Source: Callorhinchus milii (lineage: Eukaryota). Taken from it: 64,000 bases of DNA. The stretch lies in NCBI RefSeq assembly GCF_018977255.1, contig NW_024704757.1, forward strand, positions 6,944,001 to 7,008,000. The letters run 5' to 3'. Made by a program: the position numbers and the translations under genes. Shown here piece by piece: positions 43,201 through 56,974 of the stretch; the first letter of the stretch is position 1; the number at the start of each line of letters is the position of its first letter. The notes below the pieces were generated by a model. It was not told the DNA's origin. It was given only the letters and a program-made list of their open reading frames with translations, and did no database searches.

Positions 43201-46200
43201 ACAAATGATAAACAATAATAATAATAATCCTTTTAACAAAAACAGAGCAGGATTTTTCGGCACCTGCAGGATTTTGTGTTTACAATAATCCTTGTATTTG
43301 ACCCACTGCCTCATCACGTCTTCGAGACGCCCTCAAAGCGCTTCACTGGATACACTGTAAACTAGTGACTGTGTATTTTGTGGGCGTAGCACGGCAGCCA
43401 ATTGCGCACGGCAGCGTCCCCACAAACAGTGGTGGATTCAGCGAACACGTTATTATTTTTGGAGGGATGATGCTCCTCACCGCTCGTTCCCGGGAGAGGC
43501 TTTAGCCCGTCCCGACACCACCTCCTCGCCACACCATCAGCCTGCACCTCACAGAGCCCGAATATGGCTGGTTCCCAAACCAGCATTCACACTCCTGGTA
43601 CACGCTCAGCTTTCTCTCACCTCCGAAACATCGCTGGCCTCCTTCCACTACCTCTCCCCCAGGCCACCGAGATCCTCATCCACACCTTTATTCCTCCACA
43701 GGCTTGATTATGACAACCCTTTGCCAGACTCTCCAGCTCTTCAAACAACATACATATGAACATACACCCCCTTCACATGGGGTGGCGTCCTGGTGTGCTT
43801 GACAGTGGCGGAGACCGACACCAAGCCAGAGGGAGAGAGAGGTTGGATTGTCTGCACCCTTTCCTCCACAGGCTGCAGACAACCCAGAACTCTGTAACCC
43901 ACCTGTGTCCTCTCAAGTACCGGGCTCTGTGAGCCTATCATCAACAGAACAGGTCAGCATCTAATATAAGAGGCTAAATTTCTGTGTGTAACTTTTAGTT
44001 GGATTAAAAGTTACAGGTTGAATGTGCCTTTACCACATACAAAAGTACTGTTTGCCACTACCAAGACCTTGCTGCTGAGTGGACTTTCTTATATCTATTT
44101 AGTATCAATTTGGCACAGGTTATAAACTAAATAGTGACTGGAAAGAGGTGGGGAAATGGTTCAGACATGTCTAAAAATCTTCCAATTGTTTCTGAGTCGG
44201 AAGAAAAGTCTCTAATGGTCAAATTACTCCCCCTGGCTGTTGGGAAAAAAATTGTATATGAAAAAATACTTTTAGTTCCTTGTTCAATATGACCATCTAG
44301 ATTCACCAAAATATTTTTCACTTCCTCCAGTTGGTGACCTTTTTGACAGGGGAGGTAATCTATGAGTTTGCCTTACCAAACTACTTTGTTCCCATAGCAA
44401 TGAGGCCTTGGATTGAACGTTTTAGGTTCAGGCATGTTGAATGTCTTTAGTTGTTCTATAATAAAACATTATATTGTTATATAAAAATCCTTGCATTTAA
44501 TATAGTGCCTTAAGATGTCTTCGAGACATCTCAAAGTGCTTAACAGAATATACTGTAAAGTGAATTGACTGATATTTTGTACACCTTTCACGTTGAGAGA
44601 ATACTGGACAGTCAGGGATTTGGACCCAAGCAGGGGGTTGGGATTAGGAGGGGTGGAGGGCAGAAAGGATGGGGGTAGGAGGGTGTCCGAAGGCGCAGTC
44701 GTAGAAGAGTCTTGAGATGTGCTTTAAAGGAGGCAAGGGTGGGAGTGAGGTAGAGGGGCTGTGGGATAGAGTTCCAAAGGTTGGGGGCAGAGAAACTGAA
44801 GTCCCAACTGCTGGTGATGGGGCAGGCTCGGGGACAGAGAACCAGTACAGAACACAGCACACAGACCTAATGTGGTAAAGTAACAAACTTTAATTGGCAA
44901 TAAAGACTCATATTCAGAATAAAACATTGGGCAAACTAATGACGGTTGGCACTAAAATAAGCAGTGCAACTCTATCAACCAACCAAACGCAACCAATGCC
45001 TTCCTCTCAGAGACAGGCATCGAGGTGCTCGAGACATGTTCGCTAGATTAAGTGGTATTAAGAGCTGTATGATCCATTGTGATCTTCTAACCCACAGAGG
45101 CAGACCTGCACAAGTGAAGGGATTCCATTCTGTTGGGGGGGGGGGCGGAGGGAGGAACACTGATATGCAGCCCATTATGCTGAAATGTAACTTCTTATGG
45201 TGGTCTTTTAACCTCTAGAACGTTATCAGACATTTATTAAGAAAAGCAAATGTTTTGTGATATTCGCTGTTCACCCAATAGCACATAATATGAGTGTAAG
45301 GTTCCTTCTAATTCCCCCCCCCACCCCCGATCCTTCAGAGTCAGATGTACAGCAGGGGTGAAAGAATGACTCCCAACACTTTATCCCCCCCAACACAGCC
45401 ATGTTAAGACAAGTTTCTCCTATGATACCTGTGTGACATCCATTCCCCAACCTGGCCAACCTGTAGCCTCTTGGATGGAAAGATTCAGTTTTTGCACTAA
45501 AATCCAGAGAACTGGTCTTGGACCATCCACCACAAACCCATTTCACTTCAGAGCCCTGCAGCCACCTGACACAGAACACAATTTAGGTTGGATGTAAGCC
45601 TTGGTGTTTTTTTTGGTCAGCCAGGTGTCTGACACATGCAGTAACCCATCACCTAAACCCAGGTGAATGGGTCAATGTTGTGAATGATTCAGAGAGACAA
45701 TCCCTTGCTGGCTTACACATTTCAAGACCTTTCCTTCTCAAACACTCAAACGTGGCACTAACAAAGAGAAGGAACAGTCTGAAATAAAAAAATCACACGT
45801 GACTCAGTGCCTCAAAGATGAAGGAGTGGGGGTGGGCGGTCCAGACATTTTGGCTTAAGCACGCAAAAAACTCATGTAGAACTCAGGGCAGGCTGAACTC
45901 TACCCTAGGCGTGTGGGTGATCAAACGAGAGCTTGTTAGAGGAGATGCAACAGGTTCCAGATTTCTCTGCTCCCCCCAAAAAAACTAAATACATTCTCCT
46001 CTAAATTAGCTTCCATCCAGTCCCTAGTAAACAGAGCATTAAACCAAAACAAGCCCTTCAATATTCATCCCCCACAAAAAAACATGTCTCGCACTTTATC
46101 ATCCAAGCATTCCCTTCCTCAGCTCATCTTCATCCTGAAATTTAAATAGGTAAATAACAATCCTTGCACCCGATACAACACTGCAACATCTCACAGCGAA

Positions 46201-46269
46201 CTGCTGTCAAAATAATATAAATATAAAATAATCCTTGTCAAGTGTTGTAGCTGATTTTAACAGCAATCA

Positions 46270-46548
46270 TTTTGCACATAGCAAACTCCCACAAGCCATG
46301 AAGCAAATGACCAATTTATCTGGAGAAATGTTGGCAAGGACATTGGGAAAAACTCTTTTCGATAGCATCGCAAATCTTTAACGTCCACCTGAACAGGCTT
46401 AGACGGGACCTCAGTTTACTGTCTAATCCGAAGGACGGAGTCTCCGACAATGGAGCACTGGAGTGTGAGCTCAAGTCCCGAAGTGGGGCTTGAACCTACA
46501 ACCGTTTGACTTGAGGTGCTGCCATCAGCTAAGCCAAACTGACAGCCT
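46270..46548 (-). mobile_element. Deu-domain SINE copy
   Basis: TCTTTAACGTCCACCTGAACAGG...CCGAAGGACGG...GGGCTTGAACC, matching 2632-3088. Confidence 0.7.
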
Positions 46549-47159
46549 GAGACGGGAGGACCAGACTGCATTCCAAAGGGTCTTGCAACAAAGTGAGGTT
46601 GGAAGCAATGCTGTCATACAGCTAGCTCATCATGGTACAGTCCTGAATACAAGCTCCTGGCAGGACAGTGGCCCGGTTTCATTTACTTGCATAGTGTTTG
46701 GCAGGGCGGGTGGGGATGTTGAGGGGGGTAAAGAGCAAGAGGGGAGTAAAAAGATTTTTTTTAATGCAAATAACAGTAAAGCTGCATAAAAGCAAAGAAT
46801 GGACACAGTGAATTGGGCACATTGTTTCACGCACTCCCCTTTCCTGACTCTCTCCTCACAGCCGCCCGGGATAGCTGGGTGACGTGACAATTTCTGGGCG
46901 AGCTGTATTGCGAATGGATTGGTGTGGAGGAGGAGGAAGGAAAAAAGATAAGCTCCGATAAGGCAATAAAGACCGTCAAAAAGTCCTGGGGAAGAGAAAA
47001 AAAAACAGGCACCTGTGCAGTAAAAATCTGCTCTACAAACAAATGTTATGCTTTTTTTTAATAGTGTCAAAAGAAGTGATGTGTTTGTGATTCGCCCATA
47101 GGTAACGGGGGAATATGCAGTAAAAAAAAACAGCCTCCACTGTGCTGCTTTATACAGAC

Positions 47160-47470
47160 ATAATAATAATAATCCTTGCATTTGATATAGCGCCTTATCA
47201 CGTCTTTGAGACATCTCAAAGCGCTTCACAGAATATACTGTAAAGTGATTTGACTCAATATTTGTGGGCGAAACGTGGCAACCAATTGCACACAGCAGTA
47301 TTCCATAAAGAATTGTGGATTGAGTGACCACATTATTATTATTTTTTTTAAAAGGGATTATTACCCCCAGAAAAGCAATCTGCCAATCGACTAACAAGTG
47401 GGTTCCTACTTACTGCTAGGTAAACAGAGGCGTGTGGAGTAAGGAAACTTGCCCAACGTTTCGCCCTGAC
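47160..47470 (-). mobile_element. tRNA-derived SINE lacking its head, in the probable UBFD1 3' UTR
   Basis: Body and tail match the dominant family; it accounts for the N-terminal part of junk ORF 46630..47397. Confidence 0.8.
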
Positions 47471-47898
47471 ATGGTCTAGATGGAATTTAAAAAAAAATCT
47501 GGCGTTGGAAGTTATCCAGGTTACAGGAGATATTATAATAAAAAATTCTAATGTACTGTATTGCCTGATGACAAATTTGTAGCTTTACAGAACTTCCTGA
47601 ATTCGTTTGCACTTTCGCCTTCTCCCAAGTTGCTTTTGAAGTTCAAAGGTAAAGTCAGATTCACGCCTCCAGCTCAGCACAAGGACTCGCTTCATCACGT
47701 CTGTTTATTGTTGTTGGCATATTCTAAGATTTGGAAGAGTGGGAGGAAAGGTATGGGTGTGTGGGAGCGGGGGGGGGGGGGGGGGGGGGGGGAAGGGAGG
47801 GACAAAGGAAAGAGGGAAATCCAGTGGAGGTCGTTCCGATCGGTTTCGTAGTCCTTTGGTTTCCAGTCTATCCTTAATTGCTGGAGGCGGAGGCACGC

Positions 47899-50800
47899 TC
47901 AAAAATACTGCCATTTGCCGAGAACTGTGTCCTTGATGGCATCCACGTACTGTGCTGGCACCCAGTAAACCCAGTAATACGAGGCTTCAGTGGGTCCCAG
48001 CTGGAATGCCTGGAGAGGAAAGGAAAGGACCTGAGGGAAGGCTAACATACAAAGGCTCCAGCTTCCCATCGCTAGCAGCACACGTCCACACCTCTCCAGC
48101 TGGCTGGCCAGGAAGGGAGTCCAGTCTGTGTGCACACTGCCCCCCGATATCTATCTCTAGGATCTCCATGTGTAGGTGGAATGCATGAAAACCTCAGCTT
48201 GGTTTGGATACTCTTAAGCATGGTGATGGGTTTCTGTGTGTCTCAGACACTCGGCTGGCAGCAAAAAAAAACTTGAAATTTCGCCCAGTCTCAGCCGAAA
48301 GCACTTCACAGGATTTACTGTGAAATGTAGTGACTGTGAGTTTGTAGGAGAATCTGGCACCTGCATGACTGGGAAACTCCAATCCATATGTCAGACACCT
48401 GGCTGACCAAAAAACACAGCCCTGATATCAAGAGTTGGAGTGCGATGAGGCTAGGTTTCAGCAGGTATTTGAATCCCATTTTCCCACCCTCCTTATTCTC
48501 CAAAGACTCGCCCCAGCCACTCACTCACCACCATGTAATAACCTTCAAATCCTTCTATAGGTTCGCTGATCACATTTTTGATGGAGCCCATGGGGATTTT
48601 TTCCGTTCTTTCTGTTGGCGAAACACAAACCACCACAATTACATCCATGTAACACTAGGAATACTGTGCGCAGTTCTGGTTCATAAAAAGGATATTGCAG
48701 TGATTGAGAGGATACAGAGGACGGCAACCAACATGATGGCGGGAATGGAGGGACTGGACTACGAGGAGCGATTAGATAAACTGAACATGTTCACACTGGA
48801 GGATTGAAGGTTGAGGATGATGTGATTACGGTCTTTATTCTGAAGGGAATAGATGATGTAGACCTTGAGAAGCTGTTTATCTTGTACTGAACAGTGGAAC
48901 CAGAGGACACGGCCTGCGATTGAAGGGGGTAAATTCAGATGAATTCTGCGGAAACACTACTTCAGTGAGTGAGTAGTAAACGGATGGAACAGGATCCCTC
49001 GGGAGACAGACGGTGGAAGCAGAAGTACAAATTAGATATAATTTCTGCTAGAAAATAATATCTCAGGATATACAACAACAACAACAACAAGATTCCATTT
49101 ATAGAGCGCCTTTCACGTCAGGAGGACGTCCCAAGGCGCTGCACAGTTGGGTCATGACCCGAGCAGGGGGGAAATGGTCAGGGTGAGGGAGGGAAGGGAG
49201 GGAGAGAGGAGGGGGGAAATGGTCAGGGTGAGGGGAGGGAAGGGAGGGAGCGAGGAGGAGGAAGAGAGTCGAGAGGGGAGCTGAAGGCACGGTCAAAGAG
49301 AACTATATATAATATATAGTTTGGGACACAACATGTCAAGTGACGGCCAGGATGGTGGAAGGTGAACTAGATGGACCCTGGTCTTCTTCTGCGAGCAAAT
49401 TCTTATGTTCTTATGTTAGGAATGGTTCTTTGGCGAACACTTCTCCCCTCTCCTGGAGGTGTGAGTGACAGCTCTGCGTTTAGTTCCACTCCCTTGTCCT
49501 TTCCCCTGTACCCCCAGACTTCTCTTTGCCTGCCCATCCTCACACCCCTATCCCCCACTGGCCCGGCCGAGTGGAGGCAACAACAAATTGCAACAGGGCC
49601 TCTCACGTCAGGAGGACATCCCAACACACTGAACGAGACTCAACAAGCCCTCAAACTGCAGATGCCCAAACTCACCCTTGGTGCCAATCCAGAGCTGATC
49701 CTGCTCCAGTTTGAAGGTTAACCTGACTTTGCCGCTGGACTTGTTGTACATGCCAGACAGCGGCACGCTGGGCAACCGCTCCTGGAAACAGCAAGAGAGT
49801 AAACGTTACCCAGCTGGTCAGCAAGGCCCAGGGCAAACACAAAGATTATTGTTATCTTTACCCAGTCAAGTGCTTTGAGACGTCCTCCTGACGTGAAAGG
49901 CACTGTGTGCAACTGTAAAAGATGTTAAGCTTATGCCCTATGGTGACTGAATCACTGACCAGAAGTACCAATCTATTAAGCTATTGTAAACCATCATGAT
50001 CTTGACAATCTGCACCAGGTCACAAACCACCAGAATCTGCCACTAACATTGCTGCTTTAATAATAATCCTTGCATTTTATATAGCGCCTTATCGCGTTGT
50101 TGAGACGTCTCAAAGAGCTTCACAGGATATACTATAAAGTGCATTGACTGTGTATTTTGTGGGCAAAACGCCACAGGAACCCTGCTGGCAAATTCAGTAA
50201 CGCACAATCATTAGCGCTGTACTAAACCCAGGCCACTCAATCCAGAAGGTGCTACAAGAGCAGAGAGGCACACAGTGAAACTTCATAACAAATACAGTGA
50301 AAGCCCAGCTCAAAAACTGCTTACCTTTACACCTTTGATGCAAGGCATGACGTCCTCTGGCTTGCCTTTGTCCAACACTTTCCTGTGTTGCTGAAAATAA
50401 AGCAGACAAAAAGCACAAAAGCCATCAACAAAAGGCAGCCGGAAACGGGTCCCATGTTCAGCAAAGCCACTCTCGGAGCCCCCACCCCCCCAACCTGAAA
50501 GTTCCCACTGCCATAGGAACCTGCCTGCAGCTTCCACAGTGAACCTCTGGAAGCCCTTGTCCCCTCTGCCCCACCACTGATGGCCATGTTTTCAGTCACT
50601 ACACTCCAAAGCTTTAGAACTCTCTGCCTCAATCCTTCCAACTTGCCCCCTCCACCCCTCTTTTTAGGTCGCACCTGAAGACCTTCCTCTTCGACCGTGC
50701 TTACAGTCACTTCCTTTCTCCCCCTGCCTCGTGGTCAGGCTCCGCCACTGTTAAGCCCTCTGAGATGCTACCCTGCGTGAGGGGCGCTATATAAATGTAA

Positions 50801-53800
50801 GTTGTTATGGTGGACAATGACAATCACCAAGGAACTAGGAGAGTAGGTGGAGTTTCAGGATATTGACTTGGGGAGTGGAAGAGAGGGACAGGCATAAAAC
50901 AAAAGAATTTGGGAACAGAATTCCAGAGGGCACAGGCCTGTGGATGACGGTTTGGCCACTGGGACAGAAGCAGTGAGCTGGGAACAGTGCAAAACTGCAA
51001 AGGGAGTGGGGGTAATGCCTCCCGGCAGCGGGGCAGGCTCACACTCAGTGAGTGTGTGCGAGTATTAGGGGCTCACACTCAGTGAGTGTGCGAGGGGTGG
51101 GGGCTGGGCCAGGGGTCTCTCAGCATGTACAAGGGCGGGTCAGAGCGGAAACAGACACCCACCTTTTGCCGACACAGCGGCTCCTTCTTGGGCTCCTCGG
51201 CTTTGGCCTCCTGCTGCACCACCTCCTTGGGTGTGTTCACCGCGAGGACATCGTTTATGGTGGAGCCGATCACCATTATCTTGGCACCGTTCGCGACTTT
51301 AATCTCGCGGAGCGTCTTGTCCTCCTGCAGCAGGCCCTTGTACATGACTTTCTGCATCGCGGGCGTGAGGGCTGCCGATGGGCGAGAGACAGAGAGAGAG
51401 AAAGTTAATGTGACCAATAACTAGGTTCCTGGCTCACTGTTATATGGATGTGCTTCATCGGAACTCCTAACATTCCTGGCTCTAAGAAAACGTCATCAAC
51501 AAATGACATTGACACAGCACCTTTCATGTCGGGAGGACGTCCCAAGGTGCTGGACAGTCAGGGATTTGGACCTGAGTTGGGGGCTGGGACCAAGAAAAGT
51601 GGAGGGCAGGGAGGGTGACCTAAGGAGAGGGTCTTGAGACGGGCACTCTCTTCTGGACACACATCTGCGCTCCAGTACCATCCAGTATTTTGGCTGGTAT
51701 GTGAGGGGGTTTAATAAGTACCCAGGCTAGAGCGGAGAAGCGAGGGGGCAGCCAGACAGTCCCAGTCCTCCCACCTGTGAGCGAGTGGATCTTCTCCTTG
51801 AGGTTGGCTCCGGTGCTGTCCAGAGGAACGCGCACGTCGTACTTGTTTTTATTCCAGATTATTTTCAGGTCCACCATTTCCTTCTCAGCCTCGGACTCGT
51901 CACCGTTGCTGACCGAGGGCTGAGGGTCTGCATCTTCGCTGTCCATCTGCTGTCCGGCCAGGACGCCTTGTGCGTCTCCCTGCCCCTCGATCCCAGGACT
52001 CACTTTTTCCTTTTCCTTTTCAACAGGTAGGTCCGTGGGTACCTCTGTTTCCATTCCACCAGTCTGCGTCTCTGTGAGCAAGCCACAGACCAAAGCTGCT
52101 TATCGCAAACCTCTCCTGGAGGGATTCGGTGGGGCGAGGTGAGAAGGGAGTGAGGTGGGGGAGGGGAACGAGTGAGTGAGGGAGGGAGTGAGTGAGGAGG
52201 GGGCGGGAGTGGGTGAGGAGGGGAGGGAGTGGGGTCGGGAGTGAGTGAGGAGGTGCAGGAGTGAGGGGAGTGGGAGTGAGAGGGGGTGGGAGTGAGGGAG
52301 GAGGGGTGGGAGAGAGGGGGGCGCGGGAGTGAGTGAGGGAGAGATTCCCTTTAGAATTTCCCTTCCCCCCCATTCTCAACCAAGATGGGCAGCCGTAAGG
52401 GAACCAACCCAGACAGTAAACAGGAGCAGGGGTTTTCCTCCCCCCTCCGTCCTTGCAGGTTTCACCCAATCCCCCCCACCACACGCAGAAGTGGAGCCAG
52501 GAAGTGACCCCAGAATGATCAGGTGCAGGTAGAGTAATAAATACACAAGGATCCTACTGCTCACAACCAGCTTTCACAACCTCCTGACAGCTTGCACCAA
52601 GATCTCGAGAGGTTTGAGAGAAAGCCCTGGAGTCCACTGGGGCTCAAGTTAGTCTCTCCACAATATCCACTGCACTACCTTCAGGGGAGGGAAAAGAGTG
52701 GGAGTCTTTGTGATGGCACACAAGAGGTTTCGGTGAAGATGGTGCTTTAGCCTATTGGATCTCATCCTTCCAGAATCTTCGACCAACCTGGGAACCTAAT
52801 CCAGCCGTCAATTCCCCTCTGTGTAAGAAATACTTGCTGTGCCTGTCCTCAACTTGCCCTTCACTCTGCTGAGAATGATAATCATGATAATAATAATCCT
52901 AGCACTGCACTGGAGTGTCAGCCTGGGACTGTGAGCTCAAAGCCCCCAATGTAGGGCTTGAACCCACAATTTTCTGACCCAGAGCAAGAGTGCGATTGAT
53001 TGAACCAGACTGCCAGATTTGTTGAAGTTTAGGAGGGTAAGGCAGATTGCTGGGACAACTCTCAGCCACCTCTCCCCTCAACCAATCAATCAATTAATCA
53101 ATTACAGAAAGCGCTGCTGCGTGCTGAACCCTAGTACAGTGATGGCTTACTCGTGCATTTACTCCAGCAGCACCGATCAGGGCGGCCTCATCTGCTGACA
53201 AGAGGCTGTGGTTAATCGCCTCTCCTCAGCACTGACTCTCTGCTCTCAGTAAGTGGAACAAATCCACCCCCACAATCCTCTCCCTGCGGTGGATGGAAAT
53301 AAAAAATAAATTAGTTGCGGGAAACTGCGTTTCCAGGTAGAAAACGCAAACTGTTCTTGGAGATTAGAAAGATTTTTTTTGAAAAAAAGCCTGAGTTCTG
53401 ATCACCTGGATGGATAGATTTTTGTTAGGGTCAGGGTATCCAGGGATGTGGGGCAAGGGCGGATAATTGGAGTTGAGGTACAGATCAGCCATGATCTTAT
53501 AGAATGGCAGAACAGGCCCGAGGGGCTGAATGGCCTATTCCTGTTCCTATGCCTCCTGATAAACTGAGGCCGGGTAGAAATCCCAGTTAGCGCTCAGCTA
53601 AGGGCATTGACGATGTCTGTCGTGAATCGCCCAAGTTACTACATCTCTGGAGTATGTTTTCCCTTTGGGAATTCTAATTTACAGACAGGGGTAACAATCG
53701 GATCCCAGCTCTCAATCCGCGTCACCCACTGCTCCAGAGCCATGTAAACCCTCACTCCCACTCACCCGCTGATCACAGCACAGGCAAACCAATCCCTGAT

Positions 53801-55745
53801 GTCAGACTCCCCGACCCTCACAGCACAGTATATAATCTGTAACCTAATCACACACTGCCTATAATAATAATAATCCTTGCATTTCATATTGTGCCTTTAT
53901 CATGTCATTGAGATGTTTCAAAATGCTTCACAGAATAGTCTGTAAAGTGTGGTGACTGTATTTTGTGGGCGAAACACAGCAGCCAAAACAGTCTCTCTCT
54001 CTCTCCCCCCCCCCCCCCCCCCGGCCTGTCTCTCTCTCTCCATCTCCCCCCTCCCCCGGCCTGTCTCTCTCTCCGCCTCCCCGGCCTGTCTCTCTCTCCC
54101 CCCCCGGCCTGTCTCTCTCTCCCCCCTCCCCCGGCCTGTCTCTCTCTCTCCCCCCTCCCCCGGCCTGTCTCTCTCTCCCCCCTCCCCGGCCTGTCTCTCT
54201 CTCTCCCCCCTCCCCCGGCCACTCTCTCTCTCCCCCCTCCCCGGCCTGTAACTCTCTCACNNNNNNNNNNNNNNNNNNNNNNNNNNNNNNNNNNNNNNNN
54301 NNNNNNNNNNNNNNNNNNNNNNNNNNNNNNNNNNNNNNNNNNNNNNNNNNNNNNNNNNNNNNNNNNNNNNNNNNNNNNNNNNNNNNNNNNNNNNNNNNNN
54401 NNNNNNTCCCCCCCCTCCCCCGGCCTGTCTCTCTCACGCCCCTCCCCCGGCCTGTCCTCCCCCCTCCCCGGCCTGACTCTCTCTCCCCCCTCCCCCGGCC
54501 TGTCTCTCTCTCTCCCCCCTCCCCCGGCCTGTCTCTCTCTCTCCCCCGGCCTGTCTCTCTCTCTCCCCCCGGCCTGTCTCTCTCCTCCCCTCCCCCGGCC
54601 TGTCTCTCTCCTCCCCCCCCGGCCTGTCTCTCTCTCCCCCCTCCCCCGGCCTGTCTCTCTCTCCCCCTCCCCCGGCCTGTCGCTCTCTCTCCCCCCTCCC
54701 CCGGCCTGTCTCTCTCTCCCCCCTCCCCCCGGCCTGTCTCTCTCTCCCCCTCCCCGGCCTGTCTCTCTCTCCCCCTCCCCCGCCTGTCTCTCTCTCCCCC
54801 TCCCCCGGCCTGTCTCTCTCTCCCCCTCCCCCGGCCTGTCTCTCTCTCCCCCCTCCCCCGGCCTGTCTCTCTCTCCCCCCTCCCCCGGCCTGTCTCTCTC
54901 TCCCCCCTCCCCCGGCCTGTCTCGCTCTCCCCCCTCCCCCGGCCTGTCTCTCTCTCCCCCCTCCCCCGGCCTGTCTCTCTCTCCCCCCTCCCCCGGCCTG
55001 TCTCTCTCTCTCCCCCTCCCCCGGCCTGTCTCTCTCTCTCCCCTCCCCCGGCCTGTCTCTCTCCTCCCCTCCCCCGGCCTGTCTCTCTCTCCCCCCCTCC
55101 CCCGGCTGTCTCTCTCTCCCCCCCGGCCTCCTCCCCGCCTGTCTCTCTCTCTCCCCCCTCCCCCGGCCTGTCTCTCTCTCCCCCCCTCCCCCGCCTGTCT
55201 CTCTCTCCCCCCTCCCCCGGCCTGTCTCTCTCTCCCCCCTCCCCCGGCCTGTCCCTCTCTCCCCCCCTCCCCCGGCCTGTCTCTCTCTCCCCCCTCCCCC
55301 GGCCTGTCTCTCTCTCTCCCCCCCTCCCCCGGCCTGTCTCTCTCTCCCCCCCTCCCCCGGCCTGTCTCTCTCTCCCCCCCCTCCCCCGGCCTGTCTCTCT
55401 CTCTCCCCCCTCCCCGCCTGTCTCTCTCTCCCCCCCTCCCCCGGCCTGTCTCTCTCTCCCCGCGCCCCCCTCGGGCCTGTCTCTCTCTCTCTCCCCCCTC
55501 CCCGGCCTGTCTCTCTCTCCCGCCCCCCCCGGCCTGTCTCTCTCTCTCCCCCCTCCCCCGGCCTGTCTCTCTCTCCCCGCGCCCCCCTCGGGCCTGCCTC
55601 TCTCTCCCCGGGGCCGGTGTCTCTGGGCTCAGGCGCGGCTCGGAGCCTCTCCCCGCGGGGCTGCCTGTGCTGAGCTGTGACACAGGAGCCGCCGCCTCCC
55701 CCGCTCCCGGGCCCGAGCCCCGCACCTACCGTCCCGCGCCGCCAT
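47899..55745 (-). CDS. UBFD1: Ubiquitin family domain-containing protein 1, 295 aa; complement(join(55730..55745,51775..52071,51163..51371,50325..50390,49676..49781,48529..48611,47899..48009))
   Basis: Seven GT-AG exons in frame (888 nt). Ubiquitin-like domain [14 protein letters not shown]...[10 protein letters not shown], then [35 protein letters not shown], and the characteristic C-terminus [25 protein letters not shown]. Exon 1 (MAARD, 16 nt) is the least certain. Confidence 0.93.
48650..49418 (+). mobile_element. CR1-clade LINE 3' fragment interrupted by an antisense L2 tail (~49073-49300), UBFD1 intron 5
   Basis: Translates to [39 protein letters not shown] (CR1 RT C-terminus); 3' tail ...GATGGACCCTGGTCTTC...TTCTTATGTTCTTATG near 49370-49415. 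Confidence 0.8.
53991..55612. repeat. Pyrimidine-rich minisatellite (~24-26 bp unit CCCCGGCCTGTCTCTCTCTCCCCCCT) in UBFD1 intron 1, spanning an assembly gap
   Basis: Dozens of tandem units are visible; N-run at 54261-54406; source of the ~570-615-aa low-complexity ORFs. Confidence 0.95.
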
Positions 55746-55900
55746 CACTGCCCCGCGCGGGCGCTGCCGGGAAAACAGCCACTTCCTGGGCGGGGCCTGG
55801 GTGTGAGTGACAGGCGGAGGTGTGGCCTGTGACTGAGAGACAGTCACTACACTGACTCCGGCTGGCACACCACCACCACCACCACAAACTACTGCGCTTG
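55746..55900 (-). promoter_or_regulatory. UBFD1 proximal promoter/5' UTR (ETS and GC box)
   Basis: CpG-rich; CACTTCCTGGGCGGGGC near 55781-55797 (ETS core CTTCC next to an Sp/KLF box), just upstream of the UBFD1 ATG. Confidence 0.5.
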
Positions 55901-55909
55901 TATCGCGCC

Positions 55910-56960
55910 CGTCATGTTGAAAAGACGTCCCAGGGCACTGGGCAATCAGGGGGTTTTGCCTCGAGCTGGGAGTCGGGGTCAGGAGTGGAGTGGGGGGGTC
56001 GAAGAGGAAGGTTTTTAGACGGTTCTTGAAGGGGGCAAGTGAGGGGGTGAGGCAGAGGGATTACGGGATACGGTTCCAGAGTGTGGGGGCAGAGAATGGT
56101 GGGGCGGGAAGTGCGGGGGACCTGAAGCAGGCCAGTGCCCGATAAGTGGAGGGAGCGGACGGCTGATGTGGGTTTAGGAGGTCGCCTAAAGAACTTGCTT
56201 TTTGATCGTGCTTGTGGTGACCTCCCCCCTGCCTTGGCTCGCTGTCAGACTCCGCCACCGTGAAGCGCTCCAGGAAGCTACCCCGTGTGAAGCAGGTTGT
56301 ATAAATGCAAGTTGTTGTTGAGGGAGCAAGGCGGAGGCACAGAGAGTGTTACAGTTTCGAGGCGTAGTGGCTGAAAGCACTGACACCAATGTTGGAACAG
56401 AGGGCACAAGCGACATGCAGAAGGCCAGAACCAGTCAAGCAGAGGCAGTGGATAGTGGGTTGGGGAGTAAACAGTTCGGTGAGGTAGGGAGGTGCCAGGG
56501 CATGAATGGATTTGAAGACGATTGTGAGGATTTCAACAGATATCAGTGATATGGGACCAGTGGAGCCTGGCAAGAACTAGTATGATGGGGATATGGAGTT
56601 TAGTTCGGGTGAGTATGCATGTGACAGAGTTTTGGACCAGCTGGATTTCATGGATGGTGGAGATGGGAAGACCATTGAGGGCGTTTTGGGGCAGTCGAGT
56701 CTGGAGGTGACAAGTGCATGGATGAGCGTTTTGGCTGCATCTGGAGTAAGGGACGGTCGGAGTCAGGCACTGTGGCAGAGGTGGAGGAAGGTGGTCCTGG
56801 TCAGGGACCGGATGTGGGGAAGGAAGGACAGCTGTGGGTCGAACCTGATGCCCAGGTTGTGCCCCGGTTTGGTGAGTCTGAGGGACAGGCCGGGGAGGTT
56901 GAGGAGGTCAGGGTCGCAGGGTAGAAGACGTTGACGGGAGCCAATCGGCTTCCGTCTTGT
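55910..56960 (-). mobile_element. L2 LINE fragments between the UBFD1 and EARS2 starts
   Basis: Minus-strand remnants (KSIHALAPPYLTEL, FSAPTLWNRIP; HALVTSRLD-like region near 56690-56730); L2 tail near 55910-55945; a + strand tail of a second L2-type family at about 56250-56320. Confidence 0.75.
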
Positions 56961-56974
56961 TGACCATTCGTCCC

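Noticed and set aside
44040-44460. AT-rich unique stretch with a short minus-strand ORF and an acceptor-like TTTTTTTCCCAACAG
   Set aside because: No recognisable protein similarity or exon chain; it cannot be called a gene or a remnant of NDUFAB1/PALB2/DCTN5 without a search.
46630-47397. 255-aa minus-strand ORF
   Set aside because: It begins in a SINE and continues through probable UBFD1 3' UTR; no recognisable domain.
53905-55810. Three ~570-615-aa ORFs (Arg/Gly/Glu-rich or Pro/Ser/Leu-rich)
   Set aside because: They are translations of a stop-free minisatellite across an N gap inside UBFD1 intron 1; there is no sign of real coding.
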